A stretch of DNA of 64,000 nt from Prorocentrum cordatum (GCA_963575745.1 CAUYUJ010000241.1:1-64000); one strand, 5' to 3'; shown: positions 1 to 13,889, counted from the stretch's first letter. Made by a program: numbers and translations. The notes: generated by a model not told the origin, from the letters alone.

Positions 1-272
1 CCCGTGGCACGCTCCCTGACGCGTTCCCTGGCGCGTCCCCTGGCGCGTCCCTTGGCACGTTCCCTGGCACGTTGAGTGGCGCGTCCCACGGCGAGTCCCC
101 CTGGCACGTCGCGCAGCGCCCCTGGCACGTCCCGTGGCACGTCCACTGGCGCGTTCCGAAGCGCATCCCCTTGGCACGTCCCGTGGTGCGTCCCCATGGC
201 ACGTCCCCTGGCACGTCCCCCGGCGCGCCCCTTGGGACGCTCCTCGACGCGTCCCCTTCTGGCATGTCCCCC
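1..272. repeat. GGCACGTCCC(C)T ~11-12-bp minisatellite (also 7800-8170, 9080-9335)
   Basis: Tandem TGGC(A/G)CGTCCC units. Confidence 0.9.
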
Positions 273-933
273 AGTTTGAGGTCCGTGGAAACGGTTCCAA
301 GCCTCGCAGTTCTCAATCCCTTTCCGGATTCGTGGGTCGATCATGTTCCGGGCCTCCTAAACCAAGACATTGCTGACCAGGATTTTGAAAACTCCACCTG
401 GAGTGAGCGAAGTGTCCCTGGGCGCGCCACTGTCCTGGTTTATCGCAGTCCCCGCTTACGGGGCCTTGACTTCTTTGGTCAGGCTTTCGCGCATCTTCCT
501 GGGGGCCTCTCGGGACTAGATCGGGGACCTCGTGGGGCCGGTTTGGGAATGCTCGGAGCCCTCTTGAAACATCTTGGGGCCCCCTTCGGACCTCTTGGGA
601 CTTCTTCGGGGGTTTCTTGAGGGCCTCTCTCCAGGGTCTTCGGAGTCGTGTCGGGTGGCCCCAGGAGGGCATCTTTCGGGGGTGGGCCCCGGTAACTCCT
701 GCGAGCTCCCCCTCAGAAGCCCCTCTGGGGGGCCTCTCGGGGCCTCTCATCCCCGAGGTCGGGGGGGGGAAGGCAGAACGGGGGATGGACCCGACCCCGT
801 CGTTCCTCCCTCTCCCCATCCCTCCCTCCCCCCCATCCCTCGCCCCTCTGCCTCCCCTGTTTCTGCTCGTGCGCTCTCGCGCAAGCCCACCTCCGCCGAT
901 CCCCTCCTTCCTCTCCAGGCCCCCCAATGACCT

Positions 934-1108
934 GTAAGTCGGGCATGTCCCTCTACAGAAGGAATATTCAAAAATAGTCCAAAAAAGGTCTGGGGACGAT
1001 TTGTTGGGCATTTTGTTTTTGTTGCTATTGTTTGTTTGGGTATTTGTTTAAAAGTATGTTTAATTCCTTCTCCCAAAATCCGCCTGTGGGGGGACATGCC
1101 CGACCTAA
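934..1108. mobile_element. MITE family A copy 1
   Basis: TIR TAAGTCGGGCATGTCCCTCTACAG / CTGTGGGGGGACATGCCCGACCTAA, AT-rich core. Confidence 0.8.
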
Positions 1109-1378
1109 CGATACCTCGCGCACAGCGCTCGAGGGAGGGGGCGGGCCGGGACGCGTGCGGTTTCTCTCGGTGGCCTAACTTGGGAGGGTGAAGGAACGGG
1201 CCCCGAATGGGGCCCTTCAGGATCCGAAGGGCCATTCCCTTTCAAGGGCCCCAAGGGCCCAGCAGGGGCCCCAAGGCCCTGCCAGCTCCAAAAGGGACCC
1301 CAGAGGGCCCTCACTTCACCTCGCCCCCCCTTTTTAGGCCCCCTCCACGGTCCCCCGCCCGACCGCGGCGGTCCTCAG

Positions 1379-1439
1379 GTGCCCAACAGGGGCGAGCTGG
1401 TCGGCATGGGCATCCGCCGGGGAATCACCATGATCGTCG
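1379..1439 (+). CDS. ABC-class P-loop ATPase (PF09818/COG3044-like), first exon seen in window: VPNRGELVGMGIRRGITMIV-G
   Basis: Acceptor CCTCAG|GTG; the peptide matches the family motif PNRGxxxGMGIxxGxTxIVGGG. Ends in phase 1 at a GA donor (GTCG|GAGG). Upstream exons are presumably outside the window. Confidence 0.88.
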
Positions 1440-2388
1440 GAGGGGGCGGGGAGCAGCGGATGAGTCAGCTCGTCCGCCGCCTCCACTTGCTCCTGTTCCT
1501 GCTCCTGCTCCTCCTCCTCCTCCTTCTCCTCCTCCTCCTTCTCCTCGTCCTCCTCCTTGTTGGAGAAGTCAGTTCCTCCTCCTCCTCCTCCTCCTCCTCC
1601 TCCTCCTCCTCCTCCTCCTCATGATGATCATCATCATCCTCCTCCTCCTCCTAGTTCGAGAAGCCAGTCCCTCCTCCCCCCCCTCCTTATGTAAATTAGC
1701 GCCCCTGAAGGGGGCAGACACCGCCGCCCCACCCATTCGGATCGTGGATCTCGTGGCAGACTGACTAGTTGATTTGTTCTGCGGTTGGAGTCGGGCTCCC
1801 TCTCAGTTTCAGTTGTCGTGACGGCTGGGTACACCCGCAAATCTTGTCCCACATGTACAGCCACACTGTTGTGAGGGAGTCAGGCGTTTCTGGGGCCCCA
1901 ATGCTTCGGCGACGGCACGTTGAAGGAGAGGCTTATTTGTGAACTTCATGTGTGTCTCTTGGGAGGTCTGGGGGGGTTCTGGGCGGAATATGTTGTGGCC
2001 CTCCTCAGGGTGTGTCGGTGGCATTCGTGGGGTTTGCATGGGGTGTCTTCGGGGCCTTTGCGTCCTCAGATCTGCAGCCCAGGAGAGGCCAAAACGAGGC
2101 GAAGAACTTGACCTATCCCCGGCTCGTGCTCTTCGTATTTTCTCTTTTGTTTGTCTTCGCGCTAGCTGCTGCATCCTCGCGGTCACTGCTTTTGCAGTTG
2201 TGTCGTCTTTCTGCGTCGGTGCGCGCGCTTGCCAAGCTGGTCTCCAGGCGCGTGTCCCGTCTCCCGCCGCCGTCGTTGTTCGCTCGCCTCACCCCGCGCG
2301 GCCAGCGTCCTCTGCCTTCCTGCTCTTTTCCTAGGCGCAAGCCCGCTGAAATCCGAAATCCGGGACCCCGTGCGGTGTTTATCGAAGA

Positions 2389-3844
2389 CGCCTAAGGCGA
2401 ATCACCGCCGCCCCCTGCCTTTTTTGGAAGCGCCTATGTGGCCGAACGTTGAGGCCAGATCTGCCAAGCTATCGGACCATGTGTTCCACGAATCGGTTTG
2501 GAAAGCCTTCGGGGAACACGTGGGCATCTTGAAAGTCATCTTGGCCGCCTGGAGGCCATTTTGACCCTTTTGGGCCTTCTTGGAGGACGTCTTGAAGGGC
2601 TCTTGGGCCGTCTTAGAGGCCATCTTGAGCATCTTGGAGGCCTCTTCGGCCGTCTTGGGGGCCTCTTGGGGCCGTCTTGGGCCTCTTGGGCGATCTTTGG
2701 GGGCACCTGGGCCGTCTCGGGCCGTCGGAAGGCCGAACAAAAAGCAAATGCCACAATCCTTCAAACATTCCTGGGAAATCAATGATTTGGGCCTTTTCGG
2801 GCCTTTCTGAAGCCGTTTGGGGGGCCTCTTGGGGCCTTCTTGGAATGCTCCAGGGCCGTCTTGGAGGCCATCCTGGGCGTCTTAAAAACCTCCTGGGTCG
2901 TCTTGGGAGCCTCTTGGGGCCGTCTTGGGGGCCTCTTGGGCCGTCGTGGGGCCATCTTGGAGGCTTCTTGGGCGATCTCTGGGCGATCTTTGGGGGCTTA
3001 TGGGCCGTATCGGGCCGTCGGAAGGCCGAAACGAAGCAAACGTCCAAATCCTTCGAACACCTGAGGAAAATCAGTGTTTTTGTCCTTTTCTGGCCTTCCT
3101 GGAGGCCCTCTTGGAGGCCTCTTGGGCCGTCTTGGGCCAGCTTCGAGCCAATTTCGGCCATCTTGGTGCGCTCCTGGCCCGTCTGAAGCCGTCGGAAGCC
3201 GTTTGGGGGGCCTCTCGGGTCTGACTTGGGGCCCTCTTGGGGTGCTCCAGGGCCGTCTTGGAGGCCATCCTGGGCGTCTTGGAGGCCTCTTGGGCCGTCT
3301 TGAGGCCCTCTTGGGGCCGCCTTGGGGGCCTCTTGGGCCGTCGTGGGGCCATCTTGGAGGCCTCTGGGACGATGTTGCGCCGATCTTGGGGACCTCTTGG
3401 GCCGTCTTGGGCCGTCGGAAAGCCGAAGAGGCGCACATCCCAAAATCCTTAAAACAACCTAAGGGAAATCCATGATTTTGGCCTCTCCGGGCCTTCCTGG
3501 AGGACCTCTTGGAGGCCTCTTGGGCCGTATTGGATGCCTCTTGGGCCGTTTGGGGCCATGTTGAGGCTATCTTAGGCCGTGTTGAGTGCATCTTGGCTCG
3601 TCTTGGAGGCATCTTGGAGCCCTCTTAGCCGTCTTGGAAGCCATCTTGGCCGCCTTGGATGCATCTTGGAGACCATCTTGGGCCGTCTTGGAGCCGTCTG
3701 GAGCAGGAAAAACCTTTGCAACCGGGTTTTCGGCAATCTCCCGGGACCCCGGCGGGACGCGCCGGAAAAAGAACCAAAACCAAAACCGATCGGATTCGGC
3801 GCCGCCAGGCACCCCTGTGATGAATCGACAGGGGGCGACGGATT
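2389..3844. mobile_element. Helentron/DINE-like non-autonomous element A with internal TCTTGG-rich satellite
   Basis: Left: hairpin CGCC-TAA-GGCG plus subTIR CCGCCGCCCCCTG (2405-2417). Right: IR CCCCTGT..ACAGGGG overlapping subTIR CAGGGGGCGACGG (3829-3841), 12/13. Confidence 0.6.
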
Positions 3845-3999
3845 GAGCTGCCTGCGGCAAGTCCCGCCACCGTGCCAGTCTTGCACGCTCGGCAGCTCGT
3901 TCGAGGGGACACCGGAGGGCGCATTCGAGAGGGATGAACAACATGATAACGACGATGAATCTGAGATCGAAGACGAGGATGAGGACGGTGATTCGAGTG

Positions 4000-4000
4000 G

Positions 4001-4093
<93 letters not shown>
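4000..4093. repeat. (GAT)n microsatellite (larger compound GAT block at 48607-49110)
   Basis: Direct reading of the sequence. Confidence 0.97.
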
Positions 4094-6000
4094 CGACCAG
4101 GATGCTGATGATGCCAATGATGAAGGTGGTGATGGTGGTTATCATGGTGACGACGATGATTCTGATCATGACGATGGCCGCTGGGATGTAACGGGAGGTT
4201 TCACGGCGGCCTGTTGGAAGCAGCGTTGAGGCCTCTTGGAGGAAAGTTGGGTTTGTTGGGGCTCTGTTGGGGCGCGTGGGGGGGTGGAGCCCTCCCGCGG
4301 CTGTTTGGAAAACGGAGTTTGGGTTTGTCGGAGCTCTGTTGGGGCGTCTGGGGCTCTTCTTGCGGCCATGTCGGGGGATTTTGAGGGCCCTCTGGGGAGC
4401 TCTGGGGGGGCTATTGGGGGCCATGTTGCGCAGGAGCTCTCATCCACAGGATTGGGGTGAACGATGGAAACGGGAGGGGGGGAAAACTATTCGGGTTTGC
4501 TTGGGGTTTTCAAAGGGGCCCCCGGGGGCTCCCGGGAGGTGCCCGAAACGGGCGACAGAGGGCGCCAGGAAGAGGCCCACACGGCCGAGGAGTGCGCCGT
4601 GAGGCGGTTCAAGCGGTCTCGGAGAGAGCATCCGCAGGTTTTGAAGACGTCCGCGAGAACCCCCGGGAAGGAAGGGAGCGGGAGGTGGAAGGAGGAGGGA
4701 GGAGGAGGACGAGGAGGAGGAGAAGGACTGTAGTGTATTGCTGATGCCCTTGAGGGTAGGCATAACCCTATGAGGACGGATGGGGCTCTGGGGCTCACCC
4801 ACCCTTGTTACCGTGCCCCCAGGTACAAGGACCGTGGTAGGCACGCGGTATGAGAGGTAGCATACCTTTCATCGGCAACCTCCGTTGTGAAGACCGTGGC
4901 TCGTCCTTACTCGGCTTGTGCGCCAGAGCAATCGGAGCGTATCAGCACACGCTGGAGGTGAGTGTGAATGAGGGGTGATGGATTCCACACCTCCTGACTG
5001 CATGAACGATGCGGCGGAGCGAGGCCGCCAAGGTAATGAGGCTCAGAGTATACAGCGCTGAATGCCAGTGCGTGCGCGTGCGGCGGGATGCAACAAGGGA
5101 GTAGGTGGCTGATATAATAAGTGGACAACGTCAACCCACGCCACCATTGTGCTGCGTACCCCAACGGTTACACGACGCGACGCGACGGCAAGCTGAGAGG
5201 CAATGGTTACCTCACCTCCTGCCGGCATGGACGATGCGGCGGAGTGAAGACGCCAAGGTAATGAGACTCAGAGTAAACAGCGCTGTATGCCAGTGCGTGC
5301 GCGTGCGGCAGGGTGCAACAAGGGAGTAGGTGGCTGAGATAATATGTGGCCAACGTGTCCTCACGCCACCTCTGAGCTGCGTACCCCTACGGTTACACAA
5401 CGCGACGCGACGGCAGGCAAGGGGATCGCGCGCCGAAGAATACGATTCGACCCGCGGCCGCATAACCATCTGAGAGGCGATGTTTTCCTCACCTCCTGCT
5501 GGCATGGACGATGCGGCGGAGTGAACAAGCTGGCCCAGAACGCATCCTGGGACCATGCCTGCTGAGGCCGGCGCGCCTCACGTAGGCCCTCTGCCCAAGA
5601 CTGGGAGGATACGAACTTCGAGAGTTTCGTATCGGGTGCGACCCCCAGAAAGCTCACGGCGAGGGGCATCTCCGACCTTCAAAACCCCTTCGGGTTTCGG
5701 GGACGATGAGCTTGGCGAGTCATTGAGGACGAGTCGGTTCCCCAGTTGTCCGTTTCCTTGGGGGGGTCCTCAGTTGTCCGTTTCCCTGTGCCCCGCATCA
5801 TCGCCTCGGCGTGCGGTGGGGACAGCAGCGATTGACGACAACAAAGAGAGAGCATTTTACTAGCGGCGAGCTGTGTAGCAACAGTCCAGTGGCGTCAGCG
5901 AGGCAGACGGCGACGACAAAACTAGGCACAAGACAGCGGCAGTGGCGCTGCCTAGGCGCCTAACGCCTGCGCAATCGGAGGGCGAGAGGGGGGAAGTGAG

Positions 6001-6400
6001 TTACGGCTGAAACAATGCCGATACGGGCAAATATTCTTCCAAGCGCTGGGCAGGACCCCTCTTGCAGTTGGGGTGTTGCCGCCGGGAAAACCTCTGCCAA
6101 GAGTCCCTGGCGCCGTGCGAAAGAAACCTCAAATTACACTTGGATTTCAAGTTACGGAGGTTCCCTGACTCAGAGTAAGCACCGCACCGGCTGCAAATGA
6201 ATACCACCCCAAGTGCATAATTGGAGACGTGCAGAATGTGTTTCCGAGGATTTTGCACCAGCTGGGTGAAAGCTTCATTGTGGCCTCTGCACGGGCTCAC
6301 TGTCGGTGCCGGCTTGTTGACTCCTCTGGAAAATGTCAAGCATATGCGGCAGAACCATCTGCTGTGCTTCCAAGCCCAATCGTGCTCTCTGATCGGGCCT
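6001..6400 (-). mobile_element. 3' end of a 5'-truncated LINE ORF2 (Cys/His zinc-finger-like repeats); 3' UTR may extend toward ~4730
   Basis: HDWAWKHSRWFCRIC...C and HILH...FICSRCGAYS...LKSKC...HP followed by a stop; the 5' side abuts the GGA/CCT repeat. Confidence 0.55.
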
Positions 6401-6839
6401 GGAGGGCGGCGACAGGAGGAAGAGAAGGAGGAGGAGGAGGAGGAGGAGGAGTCAGGCGGAGGAGGAGGAGGAGGAGCAGGAGGAGGAGGAGGCGGAGGGA
6501 AAGGAGGGGGATCCTTTCTCCGCCGCGCTTCCCGGGTGCCCTCGTGGAGTCGCCCGCTCCGCGATGCCACGTCGCCTACTCACGGTTCCATTATCGCACA
6601 TCCGCCTTTTGGAGCCATGAGGGACGACGACGACGACGACGAGGGGTATGCTCCAACACAGGCGGAAAGGAAAGCACGAGATAGCTAGAATCGGTCAGGA
6701 TGTTTTGCGTTGTGTTTTCCCCGAGATGGCGTGGGCCCACGGTTCTTTCTAGTTGGTTGAACCCCTGGTCCCGAATTGCGCAGGGTTGGCGACTATTCTG
6801 CGATGAATAACGAGGTCGCGTAGGGCCAGCGAATTAAAA

Positions 6840-7745
6840 AGTTGAGGATGTCCGAGCGAAACAAGCCCTGCTGCTTGAAATTCCGATCGATAAAACACAG
6901 GGTGAAGCACACGTACCCGTTTGTTGCAGATGTCTCGAGCGAAACGCTTGTTGTGCAAACGTTGTTGATGATGTCTCGAGCGAAGCGTTTGATTTGTGTT
7001 ATAGATCGTTCTTTTCTTGGGGACCAGAATTCAGAGGATGTCTCACGTGAAATGTTTGTGTTCACGCGCCCTGGTTTTGATGAGATCTCGAGCCAGAGAT
7101 TCGGCTTCACGCGTCCAGGTAGCCCAGGCAGATGTCTAACATGAGGATGTGTTGAGGATGTCTCGAGCGAGACAATTGTGTTGACGCGTTCAGGTCGCCC
7201 AGGCAGATGCTTGGCATGAGGATTGGTTGAGGCTGTCTCGAGCGAGTCGCTTGTGTTCACGTGCCCAGGTCGCCCAGGCGGACGTCTAGCACGAGGAGGT
7301 GTCGAGAACGTCTCGAACGAAACGCTTGTTTTCACTTGCCCAGGTCGCCCAGGCGGATGTCTAACATGAAGATGTGTTGAGGATTTCAAGAGCGAGACGA
7401 TTGTTTTCACGTGCCCAGGTCGCCCAGGCGGATGTCTAGCATGAGGACGTGTCGAGAACGTCTCGAGCGAAAAGTTTGTTTTCACGTGTCCAGGTCGCCC
7501 AGGCGGATGTCTAGCATGAGGTTGTGTTGAGTTGAGGATGTTGAGCGAAACGCTTGTTTTCACGTGTCCAGGTCGTCCAGGCGGATGTCTGACATGATGA
7601 TTCGGGCCAGATGTCTCGAGGTAGTCGCTTGGTTTCACGCATCCAGGTTGCCCAGGCAGATGTCTAGCATGATGAGGTGTTGATATCGTCTCGAGCGAGA
7701 CTCTTGTTTTCACGTGTCCAGATCGCCCGGGCGGATCCCTAACAT
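6840..7745. repeat. ~62-bp tandem satellite (also 8560-9050, 10060-10560, 12234-12420, remnants 54110-54470)
   Basis: Unit GAGGATGTCTCGAGCGAAACGCTTGTTTTCACGTGTCCAGGTCGCCCAGGCGGATGTCTAGCAT. Confidence 0.9.
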
Positions 7746-7759
7746 GAGGATGGATTGAG

Positions 7760-9710
7760 GATGGCGCTTGTCGCAGTAGAGTGCGTCGCAGTCCAACCCC
7801 GCCCGTCCGTGGGGCGTTCCTTGCCGCGCTGGCGCGTCCCCTGGCGCGTCCCTTGCGAGGTTCTAGCGTGACGTGCCCTGGCACGTCCCCTAGCACGCCA
7901 CTCGGCGTGGCACGTTCCCTGGCGCGTCCTCTGGTGCGTTTCCTGGCTCGTCCCCAGGCTGTTCCCCTGCCCGTTCCGTGGCGCGCCCTTTGCAACGTCC
8001 CTTGGCATTGGCATGACGTCCTCTGGGAGCACCATGGCACGCGCCTTGGCACGTCCCGTGGCAGGTCCTTGACACGTCCCTGGCACGTCACCTGATACGT
8101 CCCCTGATACGCCCCCTGGCGCATCCCCCCTATTGCGCCCCTGGCACATCCTGTGGCGCGTCCGTGAGCCTGTGACCCGCATCGTGTCTTTCCCTTTCGG
8201 AGCTGGATCGGATTTTGAGGTCGAGTCGATTGAACGCCCCACACGCTTCCACTTCAACTAGCCCTGGGGCAGCTACCATGCGCTCAGGCAGCTCGAGCCT
8301 AAGATCCAGGTCAGTTCGGTCAGGACTCGGATGCAAAGGAGGACCACAACGCTATAGAGCACAATCGCGGGGAATGACACATCGCAATTCAGCACGGCGC
8401 AGCACAGCAGCCCTTGGCACGGTACAGAAAGATCTATACACTCAGCATTACAATTGCCCGTCGCCCAATCAGGTGTTTTGAAAACATTGCCATGCCTCAC
8501 ATGTCTATAGTCCTTTTCCGTGTTCGTGGGTCGATCGATAACCAGTTCCGTCTGTTCGTGTCCAGGTCTTGAGGATGTCTCGAGCGAGAGGCTTGGTTTC
8601 ACGCGTCCAGGTCGCCCAGGCAGATGTCTAGCATGATGATGTGTTGAGGATGTCTCGAGCGAGACGCTTGTTTTGACGCGTCCAGGTCGATCCAGGCAGA
8701 TGTCTAGCATGAGGATTTGATGAGGCTGTCTTGAGCGAGGTGCTTGTGTTCACGTGTCCAGGTCGCCTAGGCGGATGTCTAGCATGAAGAGGTGTCGGGA
8801 ACGTCTCAAGCGAAACGTCTGTTTTCACTTGCCCAGGTCGCCCAGGCAGATGTCCAGCATGAGGACATGTTGAGGATTTCAAGAGCGAGACGCTTGTTTT
8901 CATGCGTCCAGGTCGCCCAGGCGGATGCCTAGCATGAGGATGTGTTGAGATTGTCTCGAGGGAGACGCTTGTTTTCACGTGTCCAGGTCGCCCAGGCGGA
9001 GTCCTAACATGAGGATAGATGAAGAAATTCCCGAGCGAAACGCTTGCCATAGTAGAGCGCATCGCAGTTCAACCCCTCCCGTCCGTGGGGTGTTCCTCCG
9101 TCGCGTGTCCTGGCTCGTCCCCAGGCGTTTCCCCTGCCCGTTCCGTGGCGCGCCCTTTGCAACGTCCCTTGGCATTGGCATGACGTCCTCTGGGAGCACC
9201 ATGGCACGTGCCTTGGCACGTCCCGTGGCAGGTCCTTGACACGTCCCTGGCACGTCACCTGATACGTCCCCTGATACGCCCCCTGGCGCATCCCCCCTAT
9301 TGCGCCCCTGGCACATCCTGTGGCGCGTCCGTGAGCCTGTGCCCCGTGTCGTGTCGTTCCCTTTCGGAGCGGGATCGGATTTTGAGGTCGAGTTGATTGA
9401 ACGCCCCACACGCTTCCACTTCAACTAGCCCTGGGGCAGCTACCATGCGCTCAGGCAGCTCGAGCTTAGGATCCAGATCAGTTCGGTCAGGACTCGGATG
9501 CAAAGGAGGACTCGATCCACAACGCTATAGAGCACAATCGCGGCATGACACATCGCAGTTCAGCACGGCGTGGCATAGCACAGCCCTTGGCACAGTGCAT
9601 TAAGATCGATACGCTCAGCATTGCAATTGCCCGTCGACGCCCAATCAGGTGTCTTGAAAACGTTGCCATGCCTCACATTTCTATATTCCTTTCCGTTTTC
9701 GTGGGTCGAT
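7760..9710. repeat. Local tandem segmental duplication (7760-8535 vs 9040-9710)
   Basis: Near-identical unique segments, e.g. CCACTTCAACTAGCCCTGGGGCAGCTACCATGCGCTCAGG, in both copies. Confidence 0.9.
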
Positions 9711-10720
9711 CATGCTGGAGCTCTTGGCGTCGTCCGGGGGGTGTTTTGTGGGCCAGTCACCAGAGATCTGAAGATTCTTCTGGCCCGTTGAGTCGGCCCA
9801 CATGGTATCTCTGGTACTATATGTTGGTGTGTTTGTGGCGGGCGAGAAGGAGGAGGAGGAGGAGAAGGAGGAGGGTGAGGAGAAGAGGGAGGAACAGGAG
9901 AGCGAGGATGCAGAGGGGAAGATGAGGATGAGGAGGGGCAGGGGACGCTCGATGGCTTCTTGGGGAGGTGTTGGAGCCAACCTTGGTCGTGGACAAAACG
10001 CCTCTTGCCTCTCGATGGCTTTTTGGGAGTATTTTGGTCGCGTAGGGCCGGCATCATTGAATTGTGAGGATGTCCCGAGCGAAACGCTGGTGTTTGAAAT
10101 TCTTATCGGTGAAACACATGGTCAACTATACACTTTCATGTGTTGCGGATGTCTCGAGCGAAACGCTTGTTTTGGAGAATTAGTTGAGGATGTCTCGAGC
10201 GAAACGCTTGTTTTGTGTTATAGATCTTTCCTCTCCTGGGGCCAGAATTCAGAGGATGTCTCAGGCGAAATGCTTGTTTCCACACGCCCAGGTCGCCCAT
10301 GGGTGTATCTAACATGGCTGTCCTCAGATGGAACCGCATGTTTTCACGTGTGCGGGCCGCCCAGTGGGGTATCTAAGATGGTGGTCCCGAGTGTGGGCCA
10401 GGTATTTTTACATTTCCAGGCTACCCAGTGAGGTATCTAACATGGTGGTCCCGAGCTGGAACCACGTGTTTTCACGTGTCCAGGCCACCCACAGGGGTAT
10501 CTATTATGGTGGCCCCGAGCTGGAAAGAATTGTTTTTACGTGTGCGGGCCACCCACAGGGTAGAGGCCGAGCGGTGCCAGCGATGAGCCAGTCGCAGAGC
10601 AGGTCGTCGTCTGGTAGCCCCCGGTGTGGAGGCCATGAGAGCCGGATAAAATCAACAAATCGGCACCGGATGTGTAATAGCTTGATACAGTTTCTTCGGC
10701 TGGTGATGATGCAGAATTGT

Positions 10721-12233
10721 TTACGTTTCGCGAGTCCCCACCAGCCCATCCAAAAGCAGCCGCTCGAAAAAGGAGCGCTGACCGTAGGGTGTTTTCTCTT
10801 CCTTCTCCCTCTATTTGGCTTCGTTCTTCCATCCTCCTCTCCTTCTCCTCGTCCTCGTTGCTCCTTCTCTTCGTCCTCCTCCTCCTCCTCCTCATCCTGG
10901 CGTTGCCGTGCGATCTTGGGGTTCTCTTGGGATCTCAGGGAATCCTGGGGCTCTCTTGGGGCTCTTGGGGCTCCTTTGGGAGTCTTGAAACCCTCTCGGG
11001 GCTCTTTGTGAGAGTTTGGGAGGTCTCTTGGGGCCATCTTGGAGGCCATCGGGCAAAGAAGGAGAGAACATTTATTGGTGTACCCCCGTCGGGACCCGCA
11101 ATATCGCCTCTTGGAGCCCTCGGGCCGCTCTTGGGCGCCTGTTGGGCGCTCTTGGGGGCCGTCTTGGGGCCCTCTTGGGGCGTCTTGGAGCCGTCTTGGG
11201 AGCCTCTTGGGCCGTCCTCGGGCGGTCTTGCGGGCCTTTTTGGGCTGTCTTGGAGCGCCGGGAAGCCGAAAGGGCGGGAACGCTAAAATGTTTGAATTAC
11301 TTTAGGAAAACATATGATGTTGGCCTCGTGGGGCCCTCTTAGCGCGCTTCTCGGGGCTCTCTTGGAGCGTTTTGGGGGCCTCTTGGGCCGTCTTGGCCTC
11401 TCGGGGGCGTCCTTGGGAGGTTCCGCGGCCACTTGGAGCCGTCTTGGGGCGGTCTTGGAGCCTCTTGGGGCTCTTTTGGGCCGCTCTTGGGCACCCCTTG
11501 GGCGCTCTTGGGGCCGTCCTGGGGCCCTCTTGGGCCGTATTGGCCGCCGCTTGGGCCGTCTTGGGGGCCTCTTGGGCCGTCTTGGAGCCGTCTTGGGAGC
11601 CTCTTGGGCCGTCTTGGGGCGGTCTTGCGGGCCTTTTTGGGTTGTCTTGGAGCGTCGGGAAGCCGAAAGGGCGGGAACGCTACAATGTTTGAAATACCTC
11701 AGGAAAGTCAATGGTTTTGGCTTCTTGGGGCCCTCTTAGGGCGCCTCTCGGGGCTCTCTTGGAGCGTCTTGGGGACCTCTTGGGCCGTCTTAGTTTCTCG
11801 GGGGCGTCCTCGGGAGGCTCCGCGGCCACTTGGAGCCGTGTTGTGGCGGTCTTGGAGCCGCTTGGGGCTCTCTTGGGCCGCTCTTGGGCGCCTTTTGGGT
11901 GTCTTGGGGCCGTTTGGGGGCCCTCTTGGGGCGTCTTGGAGCCGTCTTGGGAGCGCTCTTGGGTGCCTTGGGGGCGCTCTTGGGGCCATCTTGGAGGAGA
12001 TCGGTCAAAGAAGACGAAAGCACTATTTGCCCCCTCCCCCTGGGGCCACGATCCCTGTGAGGGGTGTTAAAAAATGAGCCTCCCAGGGACCGACAAAGGA
12101 CCCGCGGCCCCCTCGCCAGGCCCAGGGGTAGGGGGTAGGGGGAGGGGTAAACCCCTCCCCGAAGGGGAAGAAGGGGGTTGAGAACAGAGAGGACTATCTA
12201 AACCACTCACGCCCTAAAGGGCTGGTGGGATTT
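10721..12233. mobile_element. Helentron/DINE-like element B with TCTTGG satellite
   Basis: subTIR CCCACCAGCCC (10737-10747) vs GGGCTGGTGGG (12219-12229), 11/11; right hairpin GCCC-TAAA-GGGC; ends GATTT. Confidence 0.6.
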
Positions 12234-13682
12234 CCCCTGGGGTGTCTCACATGGTGGTCCCGAGCTGGAACCACGTGTTTTCATGCTTACATGCCACCCA
12301 GACAGGCATCTAACATGGTGGTCCCGAGCTGGAGCCATATGTTTTAACGTGTCCAGGCCACCAAGAGGGGTATCTAACATGGTGGCCCCGAGCTGGATTC
12401 AGGAGGTTTTTCAAGTGTCTCCGAGCTGGCCCCGAGCTGGTCGCCGCGCACCGGTTATGTGCCCCCCTTTGCCCGCACCCCTTGCCCGCCAGGGCTGAGG
12501 GCGCTGGCTTCGACCGCCTCTTACAGTTACATCGCCGCGCAGCGGTTAGGTGCCTCCCTTCCCTCGCCCCCCGTTTGGGGGACATGCCCCTGCCGCCCAG
12601 TCGGCTCCGCTAGGCGCCGCCACCGGTCACCAGCTCTCCCGGACGCCCCGTTCGCGGCTGGCTCACCCCGTCCACCCGGGCAGCGGGAGTCTCCCGCGAG
12701 CCACCCGCTGGCTGGAGGTTTGCGCGCTGCCCCCTCCTTGTTTATCTTCCGCGCGGGGTGTGGTGCAGCCTGGCGCCGTGGCTGCCCGGCGCCGCCGCCC
12801 CGCCTGTGGGTTTCCTGCAGGCGGGGCGTCCTCCTCCCTGCTCGCTTCTGCCCTCCCCGCTCGCTCTCCCTCCCTCCGCGCGCCGCCATGGCGCCGGGTG
12901 GCTGCCTGCAGCCGCCACGCTGGGGCCCTGGGCTCGGTCCTGCCGCCCGCCGCCTCCGCCGGCCCAGCCTGCTGCTGGGCACACCCCCACCCGCGCCCCC
13001 ACCTGGGGAACGCGCAGCCACCGCCTGGTGACCCAGGCCCCTGATTGCATCGCCTGCGCTGCGCCCCGCCGCCGCTGGAACCCCTGCGCAGCAGCCGCCG
13101 CTGTCCCCGCCGGCGGGGCCGGCCGCGCCACTCGCTCCTGGCATGACCGTCGCCATGCGCGGCCCTCGCCGTTTCCCCCCCCCCGTCGCCGACTCCATTC
13201 CCCCTGAGCCCTGAGCGCCCCTCGCCTTTTCCCTCCCTCCCTCCTCCCCCCATCGCCGTCTCCACCCCCCTCCCGCCGTCCCTGCACCCCCCTCCTCCTG
13301 GAGTCCCTCCCCTTCGTGATCCCTCTTCCCCCTTCTCTCCTCTCCACCACGATGCTCGTTGTCAGAAAGGGGTCCACACTGTCTCCGCCTCCCCAGGCGT
13401 TGCCCTCCTCGTTTTTTTGCGCTCGCATCCGTGACCAGCGTGCCAACCTCCTGGTTCTTTGTCGTCCGAGATCCCTCCGCCCTCCTCATCGTCATCCTCC
13501 CTCCTCCCTGCCTCCCTCCTTCCCTCGCCCTGTCTTTGCCCTCCCTCATCCTTCACTCATGGTCTTCTCGTGTGCTCCCTCCCTCCCTCTTCCTTCCTCT
13601 CGCGCCCTACATCCCGCCCTCCTCACTCCCCCATGCCTCCATGCCTCTCCCCCTCCCCCGGCGTAGACGAGAAGGGGGCCAG

Positions 13683-13744
13683 GCGGCGGCTTCCATGGCA
13701 AAAGCACGATTTTGCTTGCGTTGCAGCTCGGCGTCTACAACAAG
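13683..13744 (+). CDS. ABC-class ATPase exon 2: (G)GGFHGKSTILLALQLGVYNK, Walker A
   Basis: Acceptor CCAG|GC in phase 1 completes Gly with exon 1, giving IVGGGFHGKST. Donor AAG|GC. Confidence 0.92.
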
Positions 13745-13851
13745 GCCCCCCGTCGCTAACGCCACCGTCGGTCGTCGCCGTAAACGGCGTCTCCGATGTC
13801 GTCGTCGTCGTCGACCTCGTCGTCGTCGTCGTCGTCGTCGTCGACGTCGTG

Positions 13852-13889
<38 letters not shown>

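Noticed and set aside
6840..7745. CRISPR-like periodicity in the ~60-bp arrays (also 18530-18955, 36855-37795)
   Set aside because: Whole units are homologous, with no unique spacers and no cas genes; the context is eukaryotic.
8200..8340. Exon-like - strand peptide (DLRLELPERMVAAPGLVEVE), duplicated at ~9370-9500
   Set aside because: No recognisable family and no partner exons; it is part of a local duplication.
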